Shown here in pieces: positions 41,301 through 51,320 of a DNA stretch of 64,000 bases. The translations under genes and the position numbers were made by a program. Position 1 is the first letter of the stretch. The number at the start of each line of letters is the position of its first letter. The notes under the pieces are model-generated. The model made no database searches, was not told where the DNA came from, and was given only the letters and a program-made list of their open reading frames with translations. This DNA comes from Phoronis australis (taxonomy: Eukaryota > Animalia > Phoronida). Location: positions 22,683-86,682 of the forward strand of contig NMRA01000018.1 of assembly GCA_002633005.1 (NCBI GenBank), read 5' to 3'.

Positions 41301-44300
41301 TCGCATGTTACAAGCTGTGTAGTACCCACTCAGTAGTCCCCAAACATCGAACATCAGACCTCGAGTACAAGGTCACAATCACGGAAATTTCCGCAAGATG
41401 TAGCTTCAAGAAGTATTGGTTCTGAAATACATTAGTCAACGTGTAAGAGTTATAAGTAAGCTATGCTATCACAATCATCTGATAACTGGATCCACGAACC
41501 AGCTAAACAAGAAACACAACCATTAACAGTGAACAGTAAACAACATACTTACCCTGTCCGGATTAACAATGAAATCTATTGGTTGTATTCCTGGCACTTT
41601 GAAAGCGTACAAAATCATGAATGCCTGAAAACAGCCAGAACTTGATACATGTACTTCAGAGCCTGTGACAGTTTTTCACAAATGTTCATTTTACACAAAA
41701 CCACGAGATCACGGTAGACTTATAATAACTTAATATACTAACAAATTAAATAACCATCTGAGTACTGTGACTTTACAAGGGAAGCATGGTCGCAAAAATG
41801 CTATCTGAGTAAAAGATTATCCAGTGAGTAAACACTTATTATGTGAGTACTTTGTATTTACGTTTTAAGTGTTATCTAAGTAAAGTAATGTTAACAACTC
41901 ATTACACTGTAGTTAAGTGTTATGTAAGTCAAGTATAATTGTAAACAAACCAATAATGTAGGTAAGTATTATCTAAGTAATTAAAGTATTTTTAACAAAT
42001 CATTACAAACTGTAGTTAAGTGTTAAGTAAAGCATTGCTAACAGATCATTGCTGTAGTTAATTATTATCTAAGTATTACTGTGGTTAAGTCATCTAAGGA
42101 AAGAACTAATTTAAGGTGTAAAGAATTATCTGAGAAAAGCATTTACAGAGAAATGTGTTCTCAGACTAAGTGTTATCTGAGTAAATTGTTATTTGAGCAA
42201 AGAGTTATCTGAGTACAATTATTTTATCTGAGTAAAGCTTTATCTCACTGAGTAAACTTTTATCTGGGTAAATTGTCATCTGAATAAGGTGTTATCTGAG
42301 AAGTGTTTCCAGAGTAAAGTATTATCTGAATAAAGTGTTATTTGAGTAGTGTTTCCTGAGTAAAGTATTATCTGAATAAAGTGTTATCTGAGTAAAGCAA
42401 TAAATGAGAATAGAGCTGCCTATCAACACCCACCAGGAATATCATGACTGCGATTGTACACCCACAGTACAATAGAATTGAATAAAAGTCTGTTGGATAT
42501 TCACCAGTCAGGCAAAACTGTAAGATAAAACCAATATATCTGAAATCAGTTTACAAACGCCTACCGCTTACCATATAGACCAGTTGTTTCAACTGTAAAA
42601 TGCAAACAATTCACACAAACAAAGTATAAAATTGATACATTGGCATAATGAAAAGAACTTTTTCCATGAAAAATCTGCTACGGTAACAGTACATGCGTCA
42701 GGACCAGGACCAGAGATTTTTTTCAATAAGGCAAAAATCCAATTTATATTTGAACGGTTGAATGCATGAACTAGGTCAACCGCATCACGGAACTTAGTCT
42801 GAGGTTAACTGAAGATAATTCTCCAACTTATGCAACCGTTATTTTATGTTATACTAATCCATCAGGAGCGTTTTTTCAACTACATAGAACACGACGTACT
42901 TACGGAGAATGGTAGAAATGTTGTGGCCATCATGAGACACAAGTTGAGGAGTATCAAAGTGTCGTCTGCTTTTTCTATAGTGTCAAACAACCTGTTGGAA
43001 CAATGAAGCATTCAAAGCACCAAAAAACTCGCATTCCATTGGATAAACTTAATTTTTACTTAGACCACTCGCTGGTATAAAACTGATCTCAATTTGCTCT
43101 TTACTCGGTTAAGGAGTGGCCTTTGGTCTTAAGATGAACTTACAGTCCTCTAATCCTAGAGAGTGCGATGAGTTCATAAAATGACATGACCAGTTCTTTC
43201 CTAGTCCATATATCACTCGTAACACAGAACAATTTGTGACCAATTTCATAATGTTACGCGGCCAACATCAAACGTTGGTTTTCGTGATAGAAGCCAACTT
43301 CACAGCCACGTTAAAGGCAAGCTATGGTGTCGCAATTTAAAATCAAGCACTTTCTAAGTGTCTCAAAAACTTAAATGGAAAATTCTGAAGTTGCCTACAC
43401 ACCTGTAACTACAGTCAGAACACAGAGGCCTGTGACACTAAACGCAGTATATGCCAAAAATAACCACAGAGATGTAAAAATCCCCAGTTCCATGACAACC
43501 TTTTCCAGTTACACTCAATTCCCCTGATATCTGAGAACCCAGGCAAATCAAGATACAATGAACACTACTTATTACATTTGCTCCCTTATCATGTTCCATT
43601 GATTTCCAACATATCTTTTCTACACTTTGTTTTTAACAAACAGAGATACAGTGTTCACATGGGTATAAAACATATCAATTTCAGTGTCCTAGTGGGTATG
43701 TAACTTTACCAACTTTACAGGCGACCAGAGCATGAGAATCTAAAAACTGCATTCCTCAATTTCATATTGATGCACAGTGTATGGCGCATAAGCACAAAAT
43801 TTGCTGCATGGGGCCGGGAACGTAGTTGGATATAACAAAAAATAGCGAGTAAACGATTCCGTAGTTTTTATTTTCCCTAATAAATACTTGATTCGGTTAC
43901 AGCAAAACTCGGTTACTACAAATGTCTTCGATAAGTCCTAGGAGCTCACAATTAATTTAAGCCTCATTGTTCACAACTGTGAGTGCCAAGATCGCACGAA
44001 CAAAACTTGCTGGTCCGAGTCTAGACAAAGGATCACTCGACAGGTGGCTGCAGACATTAGCATTTGAGGTAATGGACGTAGTGCCACGTGCCTCAATTGT
44101 GTCTGTGTTTTATAATAATGCATTTATTCCAACATGGATGAATGAAACAGGCATGACATCATCCCTATATGTCACAGGTTCTTCAGTTTGCATCCTGGAT
44201 ACTCAGCATGGTCGTGTTCTATGCATCCGTAAAGAACGTTCTTTGTCCTGTAAATGCCGTTCTGACTGTTCCGTTTTGTCCGTCTCACTTATGATTGGCC

Positions 44301-45957
44301 ATTTCGCTATCTTTCTCAAAAAATTGACCAACTCACATTTTAATTATCAGGGACAAAGAATTTGTGTACGTCTTAAATCAATCGCTGTTTGCATATCATA
44401 TAACTTCCACTAAGAAAAGCAGTAGTCTCACAGCCCATACAGCACATACCAAAAGTACGTATTAAGACAAAATGACCCAGAAATCCTCGTCATGATGGCT
44501 TGGTAGAAGCTGAATTCCTTAACATGGTAGCTTTCCTTCATGACTGAGAAAGGGGAGGAATCAACAGGAACATTAGAAAGGTGGCCAAGGCATTCCGTTA
44601 TAGTTTTCTCCATACAAAAGCTATTACCAGTCATTTTGCTGTTAAAATAACTGTCACGATTGCAAAATGGTATTTTGCCAGATAACTTTTGTCTGGTACA
44701 GTGTATCTGCAAATCATTATTCATGTTCAATATGTCTAACAATTAGATATTTAGAGGAGGCAGTGCCACCTAGTGTGATAGGTGTTCGCTTCCTTTACTC
44801 AAGGACGTGGGTTCGAGTCCCACTGCGGCACACTAGTTTGGCTCATGAACTCTGAGACTCCGATTGGGTAGCCAAGGCCTTGGGACACACAGATACACTA
44901 GAAAAGTGGAGTATATTGTCAGAGTTGTCAGTCAGTCTGTCATGACCAGGGTTAACCACTCACAAGTGAGTGAGATGGTGATTTCCACTTGCATTCAGCT
45001 GTCTTCACAGGGAGTTCTGGGTAATTCTGTCTCATTATTGTTGATGTGTGCGACAGATATGGCTTCTGGGGCGTGTATTGAACTACTCAACACCTTACAT
45101 GGTTCTTGACAATGAAAAATAAAATAAACATTTCGAGCAAACATTGTAGAAATTTCGCACTCAACGGTAGGATACGGTAAAGCTTCTGGCCTAAAGCATG
45201 CTCCTTTCAGCATTAACACATCGACACTTACATTGCATCTGCACTTAGACGATACCTGTCCTTACATGACACTTGCACTTACATGACATGTGCACATACA
45301 TGATATCTACACTTGCATAACATCTGCACTTATATGACATCTCCTCTTACATGACATATGCACTTACATGACATGTATGCTCCACACAGAGGCGACAAGG
45401 TAGAAGGAGTATACATAGACGGTGAAGAGGGGAACTTTGCTCCACAGGAAGTCCGACAGGACGATGTTATCTGGGATCTGTGTGTGAGTCACGGGTAAAA
45501 TCTACAAAAACAAGAGTTGATTAGGGGCTGTACCCTTAATGGGGTGGGGACAATTTGTCTCATTCATCAAGCTTGTGCACAATAACACGGCGAAGTGAGA
45601 TCGTGGCCAGCTGATTCAGCACTGATAATGCAAAATTAAATACACATAACGTAAACAGGTAGGTCACACTACATCATCACTCCATTCTAGACAATTACGC
45701 CCTCTATCTACATTCTCGACAACCTGAAATCAGACATCAACCTGATTGGCTGGCCAGTTTAGCGCCCATGATCGGCTGAACGGTCTCATTATTTAGTTTC
45801 CTAATTTGAACACCTTCAAAGGTTACCCGGGCAAGCACTGTAATTTTCACGCAGAAGATCAAAGTCTTACCATAACTGTAGAAACTATAGAGAAGACAGC
45901 ATCCGAGTAGGCCTCAACCCGTGAACTGCTACCTAGTACACCAATCTCAAGAGACAT
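29307..45957 (-). CDS. TMEM175: Endosomal/lysosomal K+/H+ channel TMEM175; 16 coding exons, 1437 nt, 478 aa
   Basis: The hand-spliced protein has both repeat signatures, RVEAYSDAVFSIVSTVMILPVTH and KERVECFSDGVFAIVATILILDLCED. It also has DDTLILLNL.LMM.TTFLP, AYFGSF...LLWFIHHS, YGGKFHVYCTLKLVIFP and TPCIFIGLRLL, collinear with human TMEM175 as recalled. All introns are GT-AG and all phases close. Confidence 0.95.
29860..30108. mobile_element. PIF/Harbinger-type MITE
   Basis: TIR GGGCCYGTTCCAA.AAA.TGA; 3-bp TSD CAG. A related end occurs at ~52296. Confidence 0.8.
30128..30437. repeat. Compound minisatellite (~55-bp unit with 23-bp subunit cctcaacacaatatcacataaga)
   Basis: Visible tandem copies in TMEM175 intron 15. 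Confidence 0.9.
30655..30729 (-). CDS. TMEM175: TMEM175 exon 15 VQFVTPCIFIGLRLLDLLIVNIRKR
   Basis: Acceptor aatttttacag; donor gtgagt; Q...PC.F..LRLL motif. Confidence 0.9.
30780..30953 (-). mobile_element. tRNA-derived SINE (family B); 3' limit approximate
   Basis: A-box TGGCTCATTGG (30934-44) and B-box GGTTCGAATCC (30891-901) at tRNA spacing; no convincing acceptor stem. Confidence 0.65.
31944..32004 (-). CDS. TMEM175: TMEM175 exon 14 LIIFFAAFYLEHFSAKDFYI
   Basis: Acceptor gtgttttcag; donor gtaagt; phase 2 to 0. Confidence 0.88.
32423..32919. mobile_element. hAT-like MITE
   Basis: TIR CAGGGCTTGGAA; subterminal GCGGAAA repeats; ATGCTG duplicated on both flanks. Confidence 0.75.
33346..33432 (-). 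CDS. TMEM175: TMEM175 exon 13 HKYLHSEASYGGKFHVYCTLKLVIFPIF
   Basis: Acceptor ctattttccag; donor AG|gtgaga; GG..HV....KL...P motif; phase 2-2. Confidence 0.92.
34180..34289 (-). CDS. TMEM175: TMEM175 exon 12 EGVDFENARVAIQ...SQSVIWVIALQK
   Basis: Acceptor aattctatag; donor CC|gtaagt; Q...W..AL motif. Confidence 0.9.
34677..34739 (-). CDS. TMEM175: TMEM175 exon 11 CLASVGFFPFAYKMIDKYDSF
   Basis: Acceptor ctcttttcag; donor gtaagt; LA.VG..P.AY motif. Confidence 0.92.
35560..35604 (-). CDS. TMEM175: TMEM175 exon 10 CLKEFDRAMSFFNTL
   Basis: Acceptor ttctcttttcag; donor gtgagt; RAM...NTL motif. Confidence 0.9.
35949..36055. repeat. 49-bp tandem duplication spanning the TMEM175 exon 9 donor
   Basis: agggcgatg recurs at 35949, 35998 and 36047. 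Confidence 0.9.
36016..36151 (-). CDS. TMEM175: TMEM175 exon 9 EDVTK...AYFGSFISIALLWFIHHSTLH
   Basis: Acceptor gctgtttttag; donor gtaagt. Confidence 0.95.
36946..37000 (-). CDS. TMEM175: TMEM175 exon 8 (C)FSDGVFAIVATILILDL(C)
   Basis: Acceptor tctatttcag; donor gtgagt; repeat-II pore helix. Confidence 0.96.
39669..39822 (-). CDS. TMEM175: TMEM175 exon 7 AASLFLLC...GKERVE
   Basis: Acceptor ctaattttccag; donor T|gtaagc, phase 1; ends in KERVE of repeat II. Confidence 0.92.
39990..40310. repeat. Degenerate tandem repeat (acacaggcaagatgtggactacttaca core)
   Basis: About four diverged copies. Confidence 0.7.
40384..40476 (-). CDS. TMEM175: TMEM175 exon 6 SRRRNMMFLHVIVPLVLCLIAILIALVSPGL
   Basis: Acceptor tttgtgattgtag; donor gtaagt; hydrophobic TM5-like segment. 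Confidence 0.85.
41553..41624 (-). CDS. TMEM175: TMEM175 exon 5 AFMILYAFKVPGIQPIDFIVNPDR
   Basis: Acceptor ctgttttcag; donor gtaagt; YAF..P motif. Confidence 0.9.
41750..42400. repeat. Degenerate ~16-bp minisatellite (gttatctgagtaaagt)
   Basis: Many tandem copies, most regular over 42165-42400. Confidence 0.85.
42434..42517 (-). CDS. TMEM175: TMEM175 exon 4 FCLTGEYPTDFYSILLYCGCTIAVMIFL
   Basis: Acceptor ttttatcttacag; donor gtgggt; 84 nt, phase 0-0. Confidence 0.88.
42904..42991 (-). CDS. TMEM175: TMEM175 exon 3 LFDTIEKADDTLILLNLCLMMATTFLPFS
   Basis: Acceptor ttgttccaacag; donor gtaagt; phase 2 to 0. Confidence 0.95.
44754..45128 (+). mobile_element. tRNA-derived SINE (family A)
   Basis: B-box GGTTCGAGTCC at 44810-44820, a variant A-box, and an A-rich tail aaaataaaataaa. 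The head is nearly identical to 26520-26604 (-). Confidence 0.7.
45225..45376. repeat. 17-bp minisatellite (cacttacatgacatntg) abutting the TMEM175 exon 2 donor
   Basis: About nine copies. Confidence 0.85.
45368..45501 (-). CDS. TMEM175: TMEM175 exon 2 ILPVTHTQIPD...VWSIHV
   Basis: Acceptor ctcttgtttttgtag with upstream ctaat; donor AT|gtaagt, phase 2. Confidence 0.93.
45871..45957 (-). CDS. TMEM175: TMEM175 coding exon 1 MSLEIGVLGSSSRVEAYSDAVFSIVSTVM
   Basis: ATG in context caccATG; donor ATG|gtaaga, phase 0; carries the repeat-I RxxxY/FSD motif. Confidence 0.9.
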
Positions 45958-46114
45958 GGTGACGTATCTGAAACTATGGAGAAGACAGCATCAAAGTAGG
46001 CCCAGGCCTCGACACGTGAACTATTTCCTACTTAAGTGAAGAGACAAGATAATGCCAGGTGTTGTGTGACTGGAGAGGCAAATGACCATAGTCTTGACGG
46101 AGAGCAACGCTAAC

Positions 46115-46310
46115 CTGTCGGAAAGAGACGAAGAGCTGCTTGGTTTGAGGAGAGCACCACCTGGTGTGTGGCTGAGACATCCATTGCTACAGTTTTGACA
46201 CTTTGAATCTTCGCCGTTGAAGTCAAGACATATAGTGGACCAGTGTTACACTCTTTAAATACATTGTGTGTTGACCTCCATTTGTGAATACATATCAACA
46301 GCCATATAAT
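46115..46310 (-). other. Candidate TMEM175 5' UTR exon
   Basis: Acceptor cttctctatag and donor CAG|gttagc; would splice to the acceptor at 45968. It has no in-frame ATG. Another donor CAG|gtgagg at 47509 may end the first exon. Confidence 0.4.
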
Positions 46311-47784
46311 CTATAGAGAAGTCAGGTATTGATCTTATAACCTGTCTCGATATATAGAACACACAACATAGACAGGGATCATGTTACAAATATAAGCTTA
46401 TGGGTCAATTATAAGCTAAATATAAGGGTCCATTACTTTTGTGCCCTCTTCAAATTTGATTTTACCTGCTACCCCAATGCAATACGACCAATACACGAGG
46501 CTCCAAACTAAGGGTTCTCCTGATAGCAAATAGGCCTAAAAACTCATTCATCATTTTTACCATTAGAGGAATAATTGATGCATCCAAAGGGTACGACTAA
46601 GTTTGGTAACTGTTTACAATATGACGACATTGACCTACACTTATGATTTTGGTATCTTTCGATTCCTCACAATGTTATCCTTCCAAAAAAATATGAATGT
46701 ATCCCCAACCGCATTTCCTCTGCATTTTATCGTCGAATTTCAGTTCACACTATTTCCCAGTTAGTTGACACCGCCATGTTAGCTCAACTCAAGATTATAG
46801 CGACACCTGCTGTTAATGAATGAAACAGCATCTTCAGCATCGATTCTGAATGGTGATTGCCCGCACGAAATTCCCGCTAAAGATTTCCTAACATAATATG
46901 GAGGAACAAGTAACAGCATTTCACCTTTCCAATTTTTTTTATAATTGTGACCATTTGACTATTTTTCCACAAAATTGTCTGAAGTAATACCCTTTCCACC
47001 AATTGGACCTCAAAAATATCCTCCGCTTAATTTGTTCCCGGATTCTTGCGAGCAGATGCATACTAGGGTCCCCATAGGATCAAATTAGAACCCTTGGGAT
47101 CTTAACTCGGGCAGGGTATGGACAGGTCTTGATCAATTTGACCTTATCCAAAGCGGCAATCTGCAGAAATCGGTAGTTTAGTTCAGGTTATGCCTGCCAG
47201 GTTACTCCTTCCATTCAACATAGCGGCATTACTACCGTGAAATAGTTCGAGCAGAAACTTCCCGATAAAATACTAAGGGAACGGGGTAGGGAAAAAATTC
47301 TGTGTATTTTTTGAAAGATAACGTTGCAAGGATTTGAACAATACCAAAAAGATATATGTAAGTCAATGTTGTCATATTGTAAACAATTACCCTAAGTTTG
47401 AATTAGTTTGAACCCTTCGGACTTCCCAACAATTTGTGCGAAGTCGACATTCAATGAAACACAAACACGTCGAAACAAAATGCGAACGCGCGCCGAACCC
47501 TGACCTCACCTGAGAAGCCGAGAAGGGCCAGAACTCTTAGTTTGAACTTCGAGTTAGAGATGGCCACAGGTTGGCATACAAATTCCAAGTCAATCCGTTC
47601 TCAAATATCAAAATTATCAATCTATTACATCTCTCAATTTACTTGGCGAACGGTGTTTCGCTTTTACAGGCACTGACTGACACTCCTCACAACGTCACAT
47701 GATTCGTGTTTACTTCCTCAAAGGCATGTGGCGATACAATAGCATACTTGTAAGGCGTCGTCTATCGGAGACTGGGTCAAACTA

Positions 47785-47872
47785 CTCGCTGGTTCCCTGC
47801 GTGCCGCTAGGTGGGGCGGTAGCCGCGCCAGCACGCGTGCTGGCTGGGCTAAGCACGCAGGGAACCAGCGAG
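47785..47872. mobile_element. 88-bp palindromic mini-transposon with 10-bp TSD
   Basis: TIR CTCGCTGGTTCCCTGCGTGC; GGTCAAACTA on both sides; half copy at ~60226-60252. Confidence 0.8.
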
Positions 47873-48069
47873 GGTCAAACTACAGATGGTTTAGCGCAAA
47901 AATGTTCGTTACGTCAATCCATGGGGTTGGGGGGAGCTATAGCCCTCAATTTTTTTCAGTACTACGCTGACTATGGTCTATGGGCGTTGCACCTCAGGGG
48001 GATGGGGGCTATAGCCCTACACTTTTTTCCTTGCTGCCCGCCCATGCCGGCGACAAGCATGGAATCCCG

Positions 48070-48210
48070 GCCGGTCGCGTGAAATTTCTTCCCCGTGAAA
48101 TTTCTTCCCACTCTGACCCTTTTGCGCATGCGCGGGATTGAGGGGAAGTTATTTCACGTCTAAGGCATGAAATTTCTTCCCCCGTGAAATTTCTTCCCAA
48201 ATGAAGACGG
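48070..48210. repeat. Small element with GTGAAATTTCTTCCC subrepeats
   Basis: Four direct copies and one inverted copy of the motif. Confidence 0.6.
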
Positions 48211-50269
48211 CAAAGCACAGCTGTAAAATAAGCCTAAAAATATAAATTCACTACGTGTGTGATAATGTAACGGTTTTAATCAATTGCCATTGTTATGTTA
48301 GACATTGGTAAATGAATTATAATTAGATTTACTTCAATTCAGTCGCCTGTCAGTAGGCTTGCGCTCGTATGGCCTATACTTTGCGGGTTGTGATCATGCT
48401 TTTGTTTGTTTTATTGTACTCTGTAAACTGTATTATGAGCTAATATTACTTATGTTAATAAACCTGTCATCCTTTGTCTCGCTCTCTCTGTCTCTTTCTC
48501 TCTACTTGCGGGGAGGAATCCCGTTAGCTAGGTAGGATCGTGCCCCCGGCCTGCTGCCGTCATGGAGTGCATCCGGACCGGGGAGTCCTCTGTTGAAAGG
48601 CAAATTAGTAAAAAGCTCTTTCAAAAAAGTGACATTCTGTAGACTCGATCTATACTTATAATTGATTCATAAGATTAAAATATTTCTGAATTTCATTTCC
48701 TGGCCTGGGCGTCGCTCGACCTTAGGCCTGTCGCGGTGAAGACGCTCTTCGTCGTGACTCCGATCTGAATGTTTTTTCGCTTGTACTGAATTTCCTTCAA
48801 GAATATGTCAGAAATACTCGAATGGGTAAAAATACTCGGTTGGGTATATTCCCAGTAAGGCAGTATCGTTTGTTGTAGTACGTAATAAGTTAAAATATTC
48901 GACGCACACCTGTTCTGACCGAAAGCGATGATCCCGAAGAAAATAGGTGTCCTGCGTGAAATAGCGTTCCTACATCATCAGGCGCAGCTTTCAGAAAAGT
49001 CTTACAAAAATGCCATGACATTGTTGTACACTAAAAGAAAACACAGGAATTATTTTGTCCAGAAAATTCAGTTCATACGATTCGGAAAAAAGAAAATGTT
49101 CAAAATCGGGGTAGCAAAGCTCCAGTAAGCGAAATAATTAGAGAGAATCAGGAAAAGTATTAAAAACTCTAGGATCATTTTATAAAATCACACGCCGTAG
49201 GAAAAATGGCCCATCACAGCTGCAATGGGTAAAAATTGTAGTAAAATATTTACACTTCCTTGCTACGGAAAATGAATTCGCCAAGGACAACATTTCAGAT
49301 TAAAAATCTTTGAATGCGTCCTGAGCGCGTGGAGCGTTCCGAAAATGAAGTCTGAGATCAATCCTTGATAAACAAGACTATTTTTAAAGTGTTATATTCC
49401 ATAGTGTTGTATATCAAGGAACTTGCAAATATATATGTAGTAGGAATTACTTACTTCATGTGGGAACAAGACGAACGAGTATCCTGCGTGAATTGAAATA
49501 AGGTGCCTATCAAACCATACAACAGTTATCAATTCGTAGGCCTATAAAAATGTCTTGACAATTCGCAAAAACTAAAAGAAACTTATTTCTTGAGCAAAGA
49601 AATTGAAGGCTTTGGTATCTTTAGCAAAACTTGAGAATTTAGTACCCTATTTTTAATTAAACGCTTTTGCAAAATCGCTTATAACGTCAAACTGAAAATA
49701 ATTCAACGTACCCGAAATGTGATTTTATTCTGGCTGGCACCAGAAAGACTGGAACTGACGCTTTTTTTCTTCATACAACGAAGGGATAGGGGCCTACTCT
49801 TTATGTATATACGGGTGTGTGTGTGTGTGTGAGTGTATATTTAAACACTGCACTATTACAGACCCCTAAATTAGTGATATTTCATCTATTTTGGCTTAAT
49901 ATTTAATGTTTCCCACTTATTTTCGGGTTATCAATCCAGTTTAAACATGTCCTTCAATGAATTATCTCAGTGCATTGTAAAGATAACTGATTTTTCTATA
50001 GCCCAGAATTCTTTGTAGGCCCATAAACGAAATGGACCTTACCTAGAAATGTTGTTTGACATAAGTGAAGGTGAAGAATTATTACCCCCTCAATTTTCTG
50101 TGTGGAGGTTAACTTGATTCGCCAAAGAATCCCAATCAAAAGTTTTTGTGACTTATAAGTTTATTGGTTAGCAGTGAAACATGCTCATACAAGCTTTCAT
50201 TTATTGAGAAATCAGTAAATATTTTACAAGAAAACTGGTGTTCTATAACTTGATAAAATATGAAAGCCA

Positions 50270-51320
50270 AAAACCTAGCATAAATGGAGCCACAGCTAGA
50301 ATTCGTAATAATTTTTGTACAAACTTAGACCAAAATCGCTTTCGAAATCTTCAATTTTTAGAGGTCATCTACGAAAGTTGGTACAGTACATATTCATAAT
50401 GTCTAATGAAAGTCTCGGAGATAAAAACACATGGTCTTTGACTTGGTTAACTGTGTGAAGCAAAAAGCTAACATGACTGGGGCCAATAATGAAATTCGCA
50501 CAAATTTTACTACATATTCAAACCAAAATCGCTTGCAAAATCTACAAATTTTGGAGCACATCTGCGAAAGTTGGTACAGTACATATTCATCATGTCTAAT
50601 GAAAGTCTTGAAGACAAAAACACATGCTCTTTAACTTGGTTAACTGTTAAAGCAAAAAGCTAACATGACTAGGGCCAATACTGAAATTCGTACAAATTTT
50701 ACTACATATTTTGAAACCAAAATCGCTTTCAAAATCTACAATTTCTGGAGCACATCTGCAAAAGTTGGTACATTACATATTAATCATGTCTAATGAATGT
50801 CTTGAAGACAAAACCCCATGCTCTTTAACTTAGTTAACTGTGAGAAGCAAAAAGCTATCATAACTAGGGCCAATAATGAAATGCGCACAAATTTTACTAC
50901 ATATTCAAACCAAAATCGCTTTCAAAATCGAAAATGTTTGGAGCAAATCAGCGTAAGTTGATACAGTAAATAGTCATCATGTCTAATGAAAGTCTTGGAA
51001 ACAAAACCACTTATTCCGTAACTTGATTATATTTGAGAGCTAAAAAACTACATGTAGCATGACTTAGGCCAATAATGAAATTCGCACAAATTTTAATACA
51101 TATTCAAACCAAAATCGCTTGCAAAATCAACAATTGTTGGAGCCCATCTACGAAACTTGGTACAGAAGACATTCATAATGTCTAATGAAAGCCTTGAAGA
51201 CAAAAACACATAATCCTTAACTTGGTTAAATGTGAGAAGCAAAAAGCTAGGATAACTGAGGCCGCAATTACTGAAGTCCCAAATATTCTAATACGCAACC
51301 GCTTTCAAAATCTACAACTC
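50270..51320. repeat. ~195-bp tandem array, 5-6 units
   Basis: caaaatcgct and tgtctaatgaa recur near 50331, 50524, 50718, 50911 and 51110. Confidence 0.9.

Noticed and set aside
45390-45482. Plus-strand exon-like frame GDKVEGVYIDGEEGNFAPQEVRQDDVIWDLC with ag/gtgagt ends
   Set aside because: It is the antisense shadow of TMEM175 exon 2, and no partner plus-strand exons were found.
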